A DNA stretch of 62,836 nt, counting the filler, from Collodictyon triciliatum (lineage: Eukaryota), in NCBI GenBank assembly GCA_043381765.1. It is 13 parts of 13 records of this genome, joined end to end, with 100 filler letters (N's around TTAATTAATTAA, not from the genome) between each part and the next. Parts side by side here need not be neighbours in the genome. Positions count along the whole stretch, not along the records: positions 40,854 to 45,855 come from JBHJMP010005571.1; positions 45,956 to 50,956 come from JBHJMP010005572.1; positions 51,057 to 56,052 come from JBHJMP010005573.1; positions 56,153 to 61,148 come from JBHJMP010005574.1; 9 more parts are not named here. The stretch is one strand, 5' to 3'. Shown here in pieces: positions 41,401 to 56,639 of the stretch (positions within the stretch are counted from its first letter, which is position 1; each line of letters begins with the position of its first letter). The position numbers and the translations under genes are program-made. The notes below the pieces were generated by a model, which saw only the letters and a list, made by a program, of their open reading frames with translations, did not search any database and was not told where the DNA came from.

Positions 41401-43089
41401 AAACAAAATAAAAAATGGCAAAAAATGGCCCAGTAAGATGGGTTTATAAGCAAAGTGAATTGGCTTTGACTTGGACTTTCTGGAAAAAAAATTAATCGAA
41501 CGCGATGGATTCTGTGAACGATGCACTTAAACAGAGCTTTGCAACAAATGGTGTGATGAGGTTACTCAAGAAATGGGTCGCAGTGGGTCAGCACAATTCA
41601 GATACATATATTTACCACGGGCTAAAGGCATTCAATCAAGTAACAATACAAAAAAAAATCAAATACAGCATTATATCCAAATGGAAAGTTCTTTTTTTTT
41701 TTTTAAATAAAATTAGCGACTTTTACATGTTTCGTTTGCTGGTTACGCATTCATTGTCTGATTTAAATCAGTCGCGACACTTAGTTTTTGCCGGAAGTTA
41801 GGCCTCGGATTGAACTCAAGTCAGGGCTTTGGTAGTTACAGCTTTTAAGGATTGTATGAAGCTCGACGCACAATAGATATATTTAGATGAGTCATGAATT
41901 TTGTTTCTATACTACAACGACCTTCACATGAATCCAAAACGCGTTCGTACTTTCAACCAAGGCGCAACAACTAGGGCGGGCTGTAGAATCATAATAAAAC
42001 CCTTTCTTTAACTAAATATAAAAGGAAAAAAAAATCAATGAGCCACATTAACCTCAACGACTGTATGAGATCAGTAACTTACAAAAAAAAAAGATTCGTA
42101 ACAGTGATCTAATAAGTTATTATTTTTACAGAATATCCAATAATATTATATGTTCCTTTTGAAAAGTAAAAAAAGGAACATTATAGCATAAACCTTTGCT
42201 TTGTGTTGGGTTTTGTAAGCCATTATAATGAGTCAATATAGATACTCGAAAGGCGGTGCGCGTCAATTAACCCCGCATCAAATATCAGCCTTTTAAAAAT
42301 ACATAGATTCAAATAAAACTGTATTCATCTATGTGATGCGTTTGATCAATAAACTACTGATAAAAAGAAAGAAAAGGAAGAAGTAACAAGCTAGTAAACT
42401 AGACTTTGGATTCCAATATTGATATGTACCTGCAGTGCTTTCAAGAGCAACAATAAGCAGTGAAATGTATCAAAGTGCTTTGATTTACTGGTTTTTTAGG
42501 TCACGGACTGCATTCTTTCCATCAGATATCTGATTGGATAAGGTCGATATGTGGGTCATTTGATGCGCACAATGTGCTTTTCTCTTCAACTAATACAATG
42601 CGATGTTCTGGTGCTTTTGTGTTTTGTTATGTATATGATAATGTGATGTTAATGTGAATGTACTTTCCATAGGTTCGCATTTTATTATGTGCAGTTGTAA
42701 TATTTCCCTCTGTTCAAAGGCCGTTATAAAAAAAGTATCAACCAAGAGTTGATAATGTGATGGAAGAGATGGATTGGGTTGCAGTATTAGAAAACAATAT
42801 CTATTCCAAGCTATATTTACTTTGAAGACAATCACTAACCCGCTTATTCAGTTAACCAAGACGCTAGCCCCATTTTTTCCCCTTCACTCTGTCCATTTTC
42901 CCTTGATTTTTTTCGTATTTATGTTCGTATGTGTTTGATGAAACAAAAAATTATGATAAGAAAACATTTACTCATGTCTTTGTACTAATAAAATGTAAAA
43001 TATTATCAATTCCATAACAAGAAAAATAGCTAACCAATAAATAGCAGATCAACTCACAAACACACCTCCACCAACGAAAGCACACAGAC

Positions 43090-45855
43090 AGTCAAGAACG
43101 AAAGCCAAAGACCAGCAAAACACAACTGATCTATTGAATCCCTTTTGCTTGGACACTTATTATTTTTAAAAAACACAAAAAAAGCCTTCGATCAACATAA
43201 GGTCAAGCAAACTGAATAACCCAACATGAAAACATACCTTTATCTTTTTTTACAAGAATCGAAGGTTTTTACCTAAGTCTTTTACCTTTGTCAGAAAGTC
43301 AAAAGACTTGATCGAGAATGGGGTAGCCTATCAACAGCTGGCAAATAAAAATAAAATGAAAGAAACAAGAACGGGCCAAAGATGAGTCCCTTCAGCAAAA
43401 CTTCATGTGAATGGCTCTAGTCTTGCCCAGCATTATCCCTGGGTTATGTTACACACGACCGACCAAAACTCAAAACTCGAAACGCATGAAAACTTATCTA
43501 CATATCCAAATAACATTAGATTTAACTATTCCTCCCTCCTGCAAAGGTTTTAGGGCCCTCATCGTTGCAAATATTCGAGAGCCAAGGAGAGCTGGCATCT
43601 TCCGGATTTCCGAGCCTTTCTGTTGCAAAGCATTGTTGGCCACACATCCACACTATATGAAATATCCTTTTTTTATTTTTTATCGAAGCTTTAGCTGACT
43701 AGTCATTTCTGAAAAACAAAGAAGTTTAAGTGAATTCCATTCCATTCTCATGCAGCTTGTGACGCTTTCTAGGAGCTTCGGGGCGATTGAATCTCTGGTT
43801 GCTCTGCCCACAGTAAGATCACTTCGATGGAGATCCTTCAAACGTAGGCTTTAAGAACGTCTCTTAGATCTTGGATTTGCTTTCAGGTTGGTTTTTGATC
43901 TGTTTGCTTTTCTCCTCTCAACTCGGCTTTTTTCATGGGATTCGCATATTGGTGGAAAAAATAAAGCCCTCGTTTATACATAGTTTCCTTTATTCGAAAC
44001 AAGTGAATGAAGGAGTTTTTTTTAAAATTTTTACAGGACGCCGTGGTTGTTGCATCTTGGTTGAAAGCAGTGACACGTTTCGGTTGAGAAGTCCAGGGCA
44101 GCAGCGTATAGAATCTGGATTTGTGGCTCATCAATATGCACCCGATAGGGTCGAGAATAGTTGCAACCTTTAAGAGGTGCGACTACAAAGGACTCTAACT
44201 TCAATTTGATCGGAGGCAAAATTCTCCCTGGGGCGAAAGCGCACGCGACTATCCTGTCCTCCTTTACTATCAGATTTCTTATTTTTGTTCATTCTACAAG
44301 ACTACAAATTCAATACCCTTGACTTATGTATATCTAGTATTTAACAGATAAAGTACAACAGCCGACAAACCAGCATAACTTATTCAGCATAGGCATTAGC
44401 GGAACCAGCAAGAATACTGTTAATTATTTTTGCAGACTCTGAATACTATACCTTTATTTTTTTTATTAGCAACTACAGCATTAATCAAAATTTTTGGAAA
44501 CATAAATAAGGAATTATCCATTCTTATAGTCTGAAGACCGTCGTCCATTCAACTTGACTCCTTGAATCTCAAAATCATACTTTAATCAACCAGATTCAGG
44601 TATGACACATATTTGTGAAAATCTCTACATGTATTTTTATGACTAAATAAACGGTAGATTCTGATACTTTGCCATCCTAGTTAATTTTTACGTTTACCTT
44701 TCACAAGGCATATATGATATTGAATGATGCATGAATCAAAAGATAGCCAAGTTGGATAAAATCAATCATGAATTTATTTCAACGATATCAGAGGGGGTTT
44801 CATTGAAACGAAAAAAATCTACACAGTCAATACAAAATTTTTGACTATTTTTTTTATTATTCCATTCCATTTTGTGCAGAACGGTGGATATATTGGCTTT
44901 GGTTCGCTAGCCATCGTTTGCATGGACGCTACTTGGTGGCCGGGTGGCATAGAAGTAATCGGTACTCAGGAATTGCATCGTGCGGTTTGGCCTGTAGTCT
45001 GGGTCTTGTGCTTGCATAAGGAGGAAGACCAGGACAAAATTTTCAACTATTTAAATATTTTGATTATTTCTCAGGATGAACTCAAAAAAAACCATTTTTA
45101 ATAGCACTGCATGAACTTTCAGAAAGGGGTCATCTGTCATCCCATTTCATCTTACAAGGAACTCTGGAGCTTTCATTTTTTGGTGATAAATAAGTCATCC
45201 AGTAAGTTGACCAAGCCAATTCATAGTATCGAAAGGAAATTAATTTCAAGGTTTCAAGTTCCATTAATCTATTTTTTTACAATAATTAAAGAAACTCATA
45301 ATTAAAACTTTGAGGGCATTACAAAGAATAGTGCAATCATCGGGCCAGATTGACCAAGATTCTGATAGTAAAAAAGTATGATTCTTGTCTAATTTTACCT
45401 TCTAATTCTCATCATAACTGAAAAGCACGTAAAATTTTTAAATTTATACGACAGAAAATTCGTCACATGTTTGATATTCAACGATAGAAAAACCAAATAC
45501 GCACATTTTAAGTACATGTGTGTAAAGCCTAATTTTTAGCAGACTATCAATCAAACTTCATTCTTAATTTAGGTCTCATTTTGATAAATGGTTCAATCTG
45601 ACAACTTCATAGACTAGCCAAAAGAATCGCTTTACTTTATTTAATCTACCGTATTAAGCATTAATTGTTCATCTTCAATCGGAAAATGTTCAAACTAAAG
45701 TCATGGACAAAACTCAGATACAGTTGCAAATGGAAGGGACAAAAGACAAAATCCGTGGGAAAGGGAACTGTTTCGATCTACTACTTGGAGGAGGGGGGAG
45801 GGGTGGTGGATCGGCGGCTCCTAGTTTTCCCGATGGTCTGAAGTAAAGGTCTAAG
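43090..45855 (+). mobile_element. Ancient, heavily decayed L1-like LINE ORF2 (copy 1)
   Basis: Colinear similarity to about 56640-59750. Residual motifs: FLQES (endonuclease), DKWFNL and KWKGQKTKSVGKGTVSIYYLEEGGGVVD (post-RT W.G...EEGG.G..D motif). Many stops. Confidence 0.6.
44851..45033 (-). mobile_element. 5'-truncated young LINE 3' end nested in the old LINE, 19-bp TSD with 2 mismatches
   Basis: Reverse-complement match to about 59212-59376. ACAAAATTTT(TG/CA)ACTATTT occurs at 44832-44850 and 45034-45052. Confidence 0.85.
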
Positions 45856-45976
45856 NNNNNNNNNNNNNNNNNNNNNNNNNNNNNNNNNNNNNNNNNNNNT
45901 TAATTAATTAANNNNNNNNNNNNNNNNNNNNNNNNNNNNNNNNNNNNNNNNNNNNAAAAAAAGAAAAAAAGAAAAA

Positions 45977-46040
<64 letters not shown>

Positions 46041-46049
46041 AGGAGAGCT

Positions 46050-46142
<93 letters not shown>

Positions 46143-46348
46143 ATATCCTATGAATCACGGCAGGCTTGATAGTGGGAGGGTTTTTATCTTTTTATACATA
46201 AATGAACACATTAATCTTTCTACTGATCTTCAGAAGGACATCAAAAGTGTCGATCACATTCCATACTCGTTTTGTGGCATGGCTCGATCTTTGATTTTCT
46301 TTTAAAAATAGAGTTACTCAACCCTCACTCATGTTATTTTAGTCAACA

Positions 46349-48240
<1,892 letters not shown>

Positions 48241-49472
48241 TCATTTAAATCCAACACCACAATTTCCTATTCTTAAGTTAAAAAAAAAAAAAAAAAGAGA
48301 ACCCCATATGCCGACTAAAAGCTTAAATATATCTACCCTCCTCGCCTCACCTCACCTTGGCAAAAAGGGGTCTATATAATAAAAATCCAACGACAAACAG
48401 ACACCCATTCTTACGAATTTCTCATGCCATGCCCAGCCGCCATGAGGGTCCCACAGCCGACTTTTTCGCATGTTTGTAATCTTTGCGTGGTATTGACCTT
48501 GAAGAGCGTTTATCTCGCTCGGGTCAATATCATCATTTCCAGTCCATATCGGAAGAGAGTTGGATGATTCGAAGCCTAGAGCACAGGTGGGGGTGTGGCT
48601 CTTTGACTATTTTTTTTATTAAAACTTGGTATACATATATATTTTCAAAAGAAACATTTATTTATATATACTCAACATGCTTTTGGCGTATAACTTTTTA
48701 CGATTCCTATTATAAATTCCACATATGACAGTGGGAGGTTGTCGAATGCCCAGTTTGCAATTGTCAACAAACAAAAATAGGTGCGGGAGAGAATTTTTCG
48801 CTTAATATTTTTTAATGTATATATATAAATATAATATGATATTATTGATTATATACAATGGTTATAACGCTCAAGTATTTGAATAAATTGGATTATATTA
48901 TATTCTCCATTATTGTTTTATGATAATTAAGGAAATTGACGACTTTTATATTTTTTCGAAAATAGGACCTCTCTAAAATGGGTCTCCATCTTTGTTCTAA
49001 ATAGAATAGCTATTTTTGTTTTCCATTTTTGCAGCTCCATAGTTGTTTCCAAGACCACACACAAGAACAATCCAAGAGTATATAAAGGCTGCTGCCACTC
49101 CCAAGTCTATATAGTGAATGGCTCTGTGCCTTGGCTGACTGGCCTGTCGTTCGTTCGAGTCACCAGCTCCCGAGTCCGAGTTTTATCGCTCGGTACACTT
49201 CATCAGAGAAAGCACCAAAGTCAATGAAAACCGCGAAATACGTTTACAAAAGCAGGAAGTAAACGAACGAACATGAATGAGGAGAAGAAGAGGAAAGGCA
49301 ATCGACGTGATAGCCCATCTTTACAAACATAATACTAACTAGAAAAAACCACATTGCTGACGCAAACACATGTCCGATGAATTAAATATCTAACGAGCAT
49401 CCAAACACACAGACAAGCAAACCAAGCGACAAAGTCAAGAGCCGCCTCCCAACCACTACACAGCTAGTAACA

Positions 49473-50689
49473 ATGTCGACAAAGAAAGCACAAGGAAAAA
49501 GCGCAAGTCAAACACAAAGCAAACCGCAAAGCTCAAGCCCAAGCTCAAGTAACAGTAGCGCCTCCAAGACAAAGAAAGAAGGCAACGCAAAGTCCCAAGG
49601 TAGAAGCTTACCATGGCCATTATTTCCCCCTCTTTTCATCGATCTTGAAATCAACACTGTTTCCTGCTTAAAGCAGAACATATTACAATTATCACGCACG
49701 ACTCTTGCATTGAGCACCGTGGACAGCGACCGGTACCCTGCACATACTCTCCATACTCACCGCTTGAATCTGCCTCAGTTCACGGACTGGACGATTGGTC
49801 CACATCCTGGGAGGAATGCGTGCGCACTGGGCGCTCCTGGGGTGGGCGCAGCTTCGGCGGCCGTGGAATCCAAAAGATCAAAGGCCGAGCCTCGGACATC
49901 CGCGTGGAGAACATCACACTGGAGACACCGACCGGATTAACACTCCTTTCCAACGCAACGCTCCGTCTGAGTGCACGAACGAGATACGGGCTGATTGGGC
50001 GAAACGGGTCGGGAAAAACCACCTTTCTTACCAGGATTGCGCACTCGGCTTTGCCTGGGTTTCCTCTCTGGATTAGCACCGTGTGGGTTGGGCAGGAGAT
50101 TGAGGGGACCGAACGCCTGCCTGTTGACCAGCTCCTCGAGTCCATGCGGCAAGCTCGCTTACGCCGTGTTGACCCCCTTGGGGATGCATCGGCAAAGAGC
50201 CAGAGTGGTGCCAGTGGTGATTATCAGGAAGACCAATACGGCGATGAAGGAGATGAAGGAGAAGAAGATTATGATGCAGAGAACTACGACGACGATGAGG
50301 ATAGCGACGGCTTTGACGAGGAGTTTGATCAACTTCCCATGCCAGAGAAGGCCATGCGTGCGCTCAAAACAGTGGGGTTGACTGAGAAGATGCTTGAGAA
50401 GCCAACCTCCCAGCTTTCAGGAGGGAATCGTATGCGTGTGGCTCTTGCAGAGGCCCTTGTCATGCAACCAGATCTCCTCCTTCTGGACGAACCGACCAAC
50501 CACTTGGACTTTGCTGGAATCCGTTGGCTTGAAAAGTTCCTGACAGAGACGTATAAAGGCACCGTAATCATCGTCTCTCATGATAGAGTATTTCTTAACA
50601 ACGTTGTCAATGAAATCATCTATCTGCACGAGCAGCGTTTCACCCAGCACCCTGGAGATTTCGATGGTTTCCTGGAACAAACTGAAAAC
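49473..50689 (+). CDS. ABC-F family ATPase (GCN20/ABCF3-like), first NBD only; 3' partial
   Basis: RYGLIGRNGSGKTT, LSGGNRMRVALA, LLLLDEPTNHLD and IVSHDRVFLN. Intron at about 49600-49778. Confidence 0.92.
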
Positions 50690-50797
50690 GTATGTCACTT
50701 TCTTTATGCGATATTTTCTAATTAGAGAAAAATAATGACGAAAATTATATAATTGAGCGAGAAAAACAAAAAACAAAAAAACAAAAAAACAAAAAAA

Positions 50798-50849
<52 letters not shown>

Positions 50850-51213
50850 AAAAAAAAAAAAACAAAAAAAACAATAAAAACAATAAAAACAATAAAAACA
50901 ATAAAAACAATAAAAACAATAAAAACAATAAAAACAATAAAAACAATAAAAACAATNNNNNNNNNNNNNNNNNNNNNNNNNNNNNNNNNNNNNNNNNNNN
51001 TTAATTAATTAANNNNNNNNNNNNNNNNNNNNNNNNNNNNNNNNNNNNNNNNNNNNATTCCATCGTATTAAATCGAATGTAGTTATTTATTCATTTGTTT
51101 GTTTGTTTGTTTGTTTGTTTGTTTGTTTGTTTGTTTGTTTGTTTGTTTGTTTGTTTGTTTGTTTGTTTGTTTGTTTGTTTGTTTGTGGTATGATCGTTTC
51201 ATACACGGCCCAG

Positions 51214-51360
51214 GACAAGCACGGGATTCTCTGCACCAAAACGCCAGAAAGTATTGTCATTGCCACGTATGACGAAAAAATGGTGCCGTCAATCGCAGTG
51301 GAACTGCTCGAAAGACTGGGAGATATAATCCGTCGTATTGAGATTCAATTTGCCCGCTGA
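51214..51360 (+). CDS. Profilin-like protein, last exon
   Basis: GILCTKTPESIVIATYDEKMVPSIAVELLERLGDIIR fits the profilin C-terminal pattern. Confidence 0.75.
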   Translation, partial: DKHGILCTKTPESIVIATYDEKMVPSIAVELLERLGDIIRRIEIQFAR

Positions 51361-51739
51361 CCCTCCTCCCATTTCTTCCAAAACACCCTCAGTTCATATG
51401 TTGAAACCAGCATGTAGCGTCCCTGACAAAGAGGGAGTCACGAAACTGCTGCACAGAGAAACAAAACAACACTGGAACCAAATAGACCCATTCATGGGAG
51501 AAGAGGATGTCGAATAAACCATGTTTGTTTCTAGATTGGAGAGAAATTTAAAGGTGGAAAATAAGAAAAGAAAAATGAAAGAGATAATCTGATAGGTGGG
51601 CAACATCGCTGGTTGGATTGTTCAAATTGCCGTGTCGGCATTCCATTTTATTGTACGAAAGCTATCTTAGTGTCATCTTGGCGAGCTTTTTTTCTTAAGC
51701 GTTCCCTCTCGGATGCCATTCTGGTCTGTGTTCATGGCC

Positions 51740-53320
51740 TTACCCAATCACCTGGTAGTGTTGGTCATCAATAGTAGTGTACTAGACAATAGAGATACAG
51801 TGAGCTAAACGAGTAATTGCGAGTATATGCTGTTAAAATCTAAAGAGATTTTTGTATGGTGCAACAGAGTCCATCCACTGAATATGCTTAACAATCAGGG
51901 GAGACTTTCATTCGTTGGAGTGAGAAATGGATATGCTTACCAATAGCGCATCGGAGCTCATGGACTCCAGTGTGCGTCTGAAACAAAACATAGAATTATC
52001 ATCGATGCATCAAGGTAAATATGTAGTCTTTTGTGCAAGAAAAATAGCAATACATACATTAAAACTAAAGGAAATGTTATCACGTTATTGTAATCCTGTC
52101 ATAAAGTCGCAGTCCGTGTGTAATTTCATCCACACTTGGCCCCGATGGATTCTTGCAACCTCGAATGAAATCTAGAATCTGAAAAAGGAAAAGAAGAGTT
52201 AGGATTTTCAGTCGCTAGAAATGAGAGATTAGGGTGCGACCATTTTGTGACAAAGACTGTGCACTGAAACGATAGAGGAAAGGACCACAGAGACTGGATG
52301 ACATACTGCTGTTTCAAGTACACCCATGGTTGGTGGTTTTTCATCAAACATTCTGTCCAGGGATACTGCGCTATTTGCTTGGTTAATTCCAAAGGTCCCG
52401 TTTTTTGATGTCACTGGTCGGTTAGGTGACACATTCATCTAATGCAGAGTGAAAGCAAATGGTTTAAAGCGAGTTACGCAGTCTGAAATGGTCACCTATT
52501 AAATGCAGTTAGATATACTCATCAATCAAGCACATCCTCTTATTTTTTTATCATGCAAATTTCATAAAATAACTTACTCTTTGGCTTGAGTTGTAACAAT
52601 GTACATATATGGCTTCAAGGTTATGGTAGGTGATTTCATTATGGTCATAGACAGGTATGACCTTGAAAGCTATGAGCGACTTTTGGTTTGCGTGCGTCTG
52701 TACTCGCCCAAAGACCCTCACGTAGCAACCATCTCTACATGGTATGATTAAAAATCACAACACTTTTCTTTGTTTCTTATTTTCTTTTGGAAGGAAAACT
52801 GTGGCCTGATTTTTTTTAATTTATGAACTAAAAAAAAAATGCGTACGAAATTGAGTCATGTGTTGCCGCATCCTGAAACATGCGAACTAGAATTTTCCCA
52901 GTCCCATCATCAAGCTCAAATATAATCAGGGTTGATTGGATAGATACATTTGAAGTGGCACCAACCACAGTGACTTGGGATGTCTCTCGTCCATCTATCA
53001 AGTAGTGGTCCTCTCCATTCTGCACTTCCGCCGTACAGATTTGGCGCAGCATCACGGGGAGTAAGCTTCGTTGTTCGTTTGGATTACGGTTAACCTGCAG
53101 AGTAGCAAGGAATTAATCCTGGTTGCAAGTAGTATCTCGGTGACGGATGATAGTAGACGTTAGGCCCTTTTGTACGGAATGTACTCACTTTCTGGTTTGC
53201 GGATGTCTCATCCAGGGTATTTTCAAGTGTGTTGCTATTAAAGAATCCTCCATCGTTCCCATGCACATTTTGCTTGATGAATGATCTCCCTCCGAGGGCA
53301 GAGGTCGAGGAGTTATACAT
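51740..53320 (-). CDS. RPA2: Replication protein A 32 kDa subunit
   Basis: SLLPVMLRQI, LDDGTGKI, YVRVFG, DHNEITYHNLEAIYVH and the winged-helix end YTTIDDQHY. Confidence 0.92.
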
Positions 53321-53982
53321 CTTTTTTGTCTAGATAATCTTGTCTTGTCTTGTCTTGTCTTGTCCTGTCCTGTGGTATTTAACAACCGCGGCGATGAAAA
53401 GCTAGCTATGTGTAGAAGCAAGAATGTTGATGTTGCGGTCCTGGTGGTTGCGGTGGTTGTGACTGGCATACAGCAAAGGAGACCACGACCCGCAATCACC
53501 CTGCACTGGCTGGAACGATTATATACACCCGCGGATTATAAATCCACATAGTATATTTGTCTGAAGTTTCGCCGAAACTTCAGGTTGTGCGACAACCGCT
53601 TCAGAACCTCGTCCATCAACTCGGAAATCTTCATTTACCCACATAGTGTATTGCTAGTGATAAACAATATTTGTTAAAAAAATCATATATTTATTCAATT
53701 TTAATCAATTAATGTGATATAATTGTAATAAATTTATAATTTCCATAAATGAATGGATTGGGGAATTTTATCTCTCCTGTCAACTCACTACCATCCGTTT
53801 GTTCGGCTGTTTTGATTTGCTTGTGATGGCCAGGGCTGCACACGAGCGTATTGCTGCGGCTATTCGGTGCCGCTTGCTGAATCGTTTGAGATGGACTCAG
53901 TTGCTGGAGTCGTATAATCCACTGAGTTTTCTTAATACCATAGATTCGATCCGTTCTAGAAAAGCGCACAGTTTCGAATCCT

Positions 53983-55902
53983 ATGTAAGTGGTTTAAATC
54001 TGTGTGCTGGTATACCTTAAAAAAAACAGTTGTATAATTGAAGTCTGGGTACCATAAAGCCGCCCAGTTTCCCGACTGTCTTTTGTGTCTTATAACCGTG
54101 TAGATAATGCTTGGCTGGAAAAATGGGTAATAATTTCCTGAATACCAAATACTCATTGTCCACCCAGGTCGTTCTTTACGAAGAAAAAGTCAGACTCCAC
54201 GAGCAGTTTTTCCTCATCATTTATTGGAAGATCAGCAGAAGCTATTAGCGATGTTTCAACAGAACCGAGAGAAGACTCTCCGGTGGCGCCGAGTCTGATG
54301 CGCACAAATGCTTCCTTATCTCAGTCGCAAATCGTTGTCGAAACCGTCACGCAAACTCGTACACCTCCAGGTTTTTCTGATAATCTGAAGCATATACCAA
54401 AATACAAATAAAATATAGCCCATAAAGGTATTCTTTGTGTCGTAGTACGTTCCTGATCTCATATTTTTTGTATGGTCCGGTATTTTATTTTATTTATTTT
54501 TTTGTTCTCTTGCGTGAAGAAATAATATCATTATGTCTCCTTTTTTTTTTTTATTGTATGCACACATACTCAATTTAAAATGGTCTGTTGAAATATCTGG
54601 CCACTGGGCCCAAATCCTTAACCAGGGAAGGGAAAAGGTCTAGTTCCAAGCTATTAGTAGATTCATTTTTCTTTCCTTACCAAAGAACCTAGGATTCAGA
54701 TGGTACCTATGACGTTTGAGGATTCGTTAAGGAACTTGCAAGATTCTCGTGATATGGATAGAACTCCGGTAGCGTTGATTACTGTGTCTTAATGATTCAT
54801 TCCTTGATAGTAACTCCGATGATTCCCCGAATTTTTGGATGCATTTTTTTTTTTGTTAAATACAAAGTACGATGTATGATTATTATGTCGTTTGCAGCCA
54901 GTAGTCCCAATTCCACCTCCAATTCATGATGGTGGCGCACTTGAATCAAGGCCCAGCTTCATAATGATTCCTTCAGATAATTTTTTCCTATTTCATGATG
55001 ATGTAAGTGTTTCTTCGTGTGCAGATTTTGATTATTTTCTTTTATTTCTTCCTGGCTTCACTTCTTAGCTTTTATGTTGCTTAAATTATACGGTGATAGC
55101 GTTACCTCTTTTTTTTCTTCTTCTTGCTGTTCTCTCTCAAAACAAACATATTGAATTGTATCAAAACTTTCTCCAAACATAGCGTGTCGATAAAAAAGGC
55201 TGGCTAACAAAGGAAGGTAGCGACTTCGTCAAAATGTGATGACAGTCATGAATTTTTTCCCATTTTTTTGGCTATTACTGAGATGAATTTTCTTGCCAAT
55301 ATAGGGAGAATCGTAAAGAACTGGAAAAGAAGATGGTTTGTATTGCAAGGAAATTCCCTGAAGGTTGGTCTTTGGTTCATTGAGAAAGGGGTGGCATAAT
55401 TTCTGATAAAATACCAACCAGGTCCTCGTTCTTTAATTATTAGTATTATGAAGATGACAGTGAAAGAGAAATGAAGGGATTTATCGACATAAATACATCT
55501 GTGGTTAGGGCTAGTATTCGAGAAGGAAAGGTAATTAGAAAAAAGAGAAATATTCCTATTATACTTGACCGCGAAATGAACTATGTAGTATGTTTTACCA
55601 CTGGAATTTTAAGAAATCGCTAAAACTCATGTTAGCAATGCCTCGAAATCCTTGTTGAGGGAAGAAAGTTGGTGTTCCATACAGATGAGCCGGATGAACA
55701 ACGAGAATGGGTGGGTTTAGTTCGATATTTCCTCTATGCATGAACTATTTCCTCTCCGTCTATTTATATTGCATCCTTACTCATGGAAAAATCCATTGCA
55801 GATGATGACGCTCACTAACAAAATCAGCTGTTTGTCGTATATCAAGAAATCGAGGATGATGAAATTAAAACCAAATGAAGCAGTGATACATTTCTTACAA
55901 AA
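53983..55902 (+). CDS. PH-domain protein with S/P-rich N-terminus, 3' partial
   Basis: Spliced KKGWLTKEGRIVKNWKRRWFVLQGNSLKYYEDD...KGFIDI...EQREWM. Confidence 0.85.
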
Positions 55903-56200
55903 GTAACCACATTATGTTTCTTATATCTTCCCCAAATTTTGTTCTTTTCTTTTTTTTCTTTTTTTCTTTTCTTTTTTTCTTTTTTTCTTTTTTTCTTTTT
56001 TTCTTTTTTTCTTTTTTTCTTTTTTTCTTTTTTTCTTTTTTTCTTTTTTTCTNNNNNNNNNNNNNNNNNNNNNNNNNNNNNNNNNNNNNNNNNNNNTTAA
56101 TTAATTAANNNNNNNNNNNNNNNNNNNNNNNNNNNNNNNNNNNNNNNNNNNNATAATAGTAATAATAGTAATAATAGTAATAATAGTAATAATAGTAATA

Positions 56201-56258
<58 letters not shown>

Positions 56259-56639
56259 AAGTAACGGAATATGTAGCAATATTAACTATGATATCAATAC
56301 CTGTTTATTTACTTACAAGACAATGGCTATCCCGCTTATTCAGAAAATCAAGATATTAACCTCTTTTTTTTCACTTTCGCCCAGTCCAAATTTTTCCTTT
56401 GATTTTTGCTCTTTATATCTTATGTAACCAAACTTTTTTTCCTTTATTCGTGTGTGACAAAAGTAAAATAAAAAAAACTTATTTATATATTTGTCTTGTA
56501 ACACACAGAAAAAAACCACCTCACATCCGACAAAAACAGACTTAAACGAAAACAAAAAACGACATAATACATATAGCTAATCATTTCCAATTTCGCAATT
56601 CTATCGCCAAGGTCTTACTGTCTCCGAAGTATCAATACC

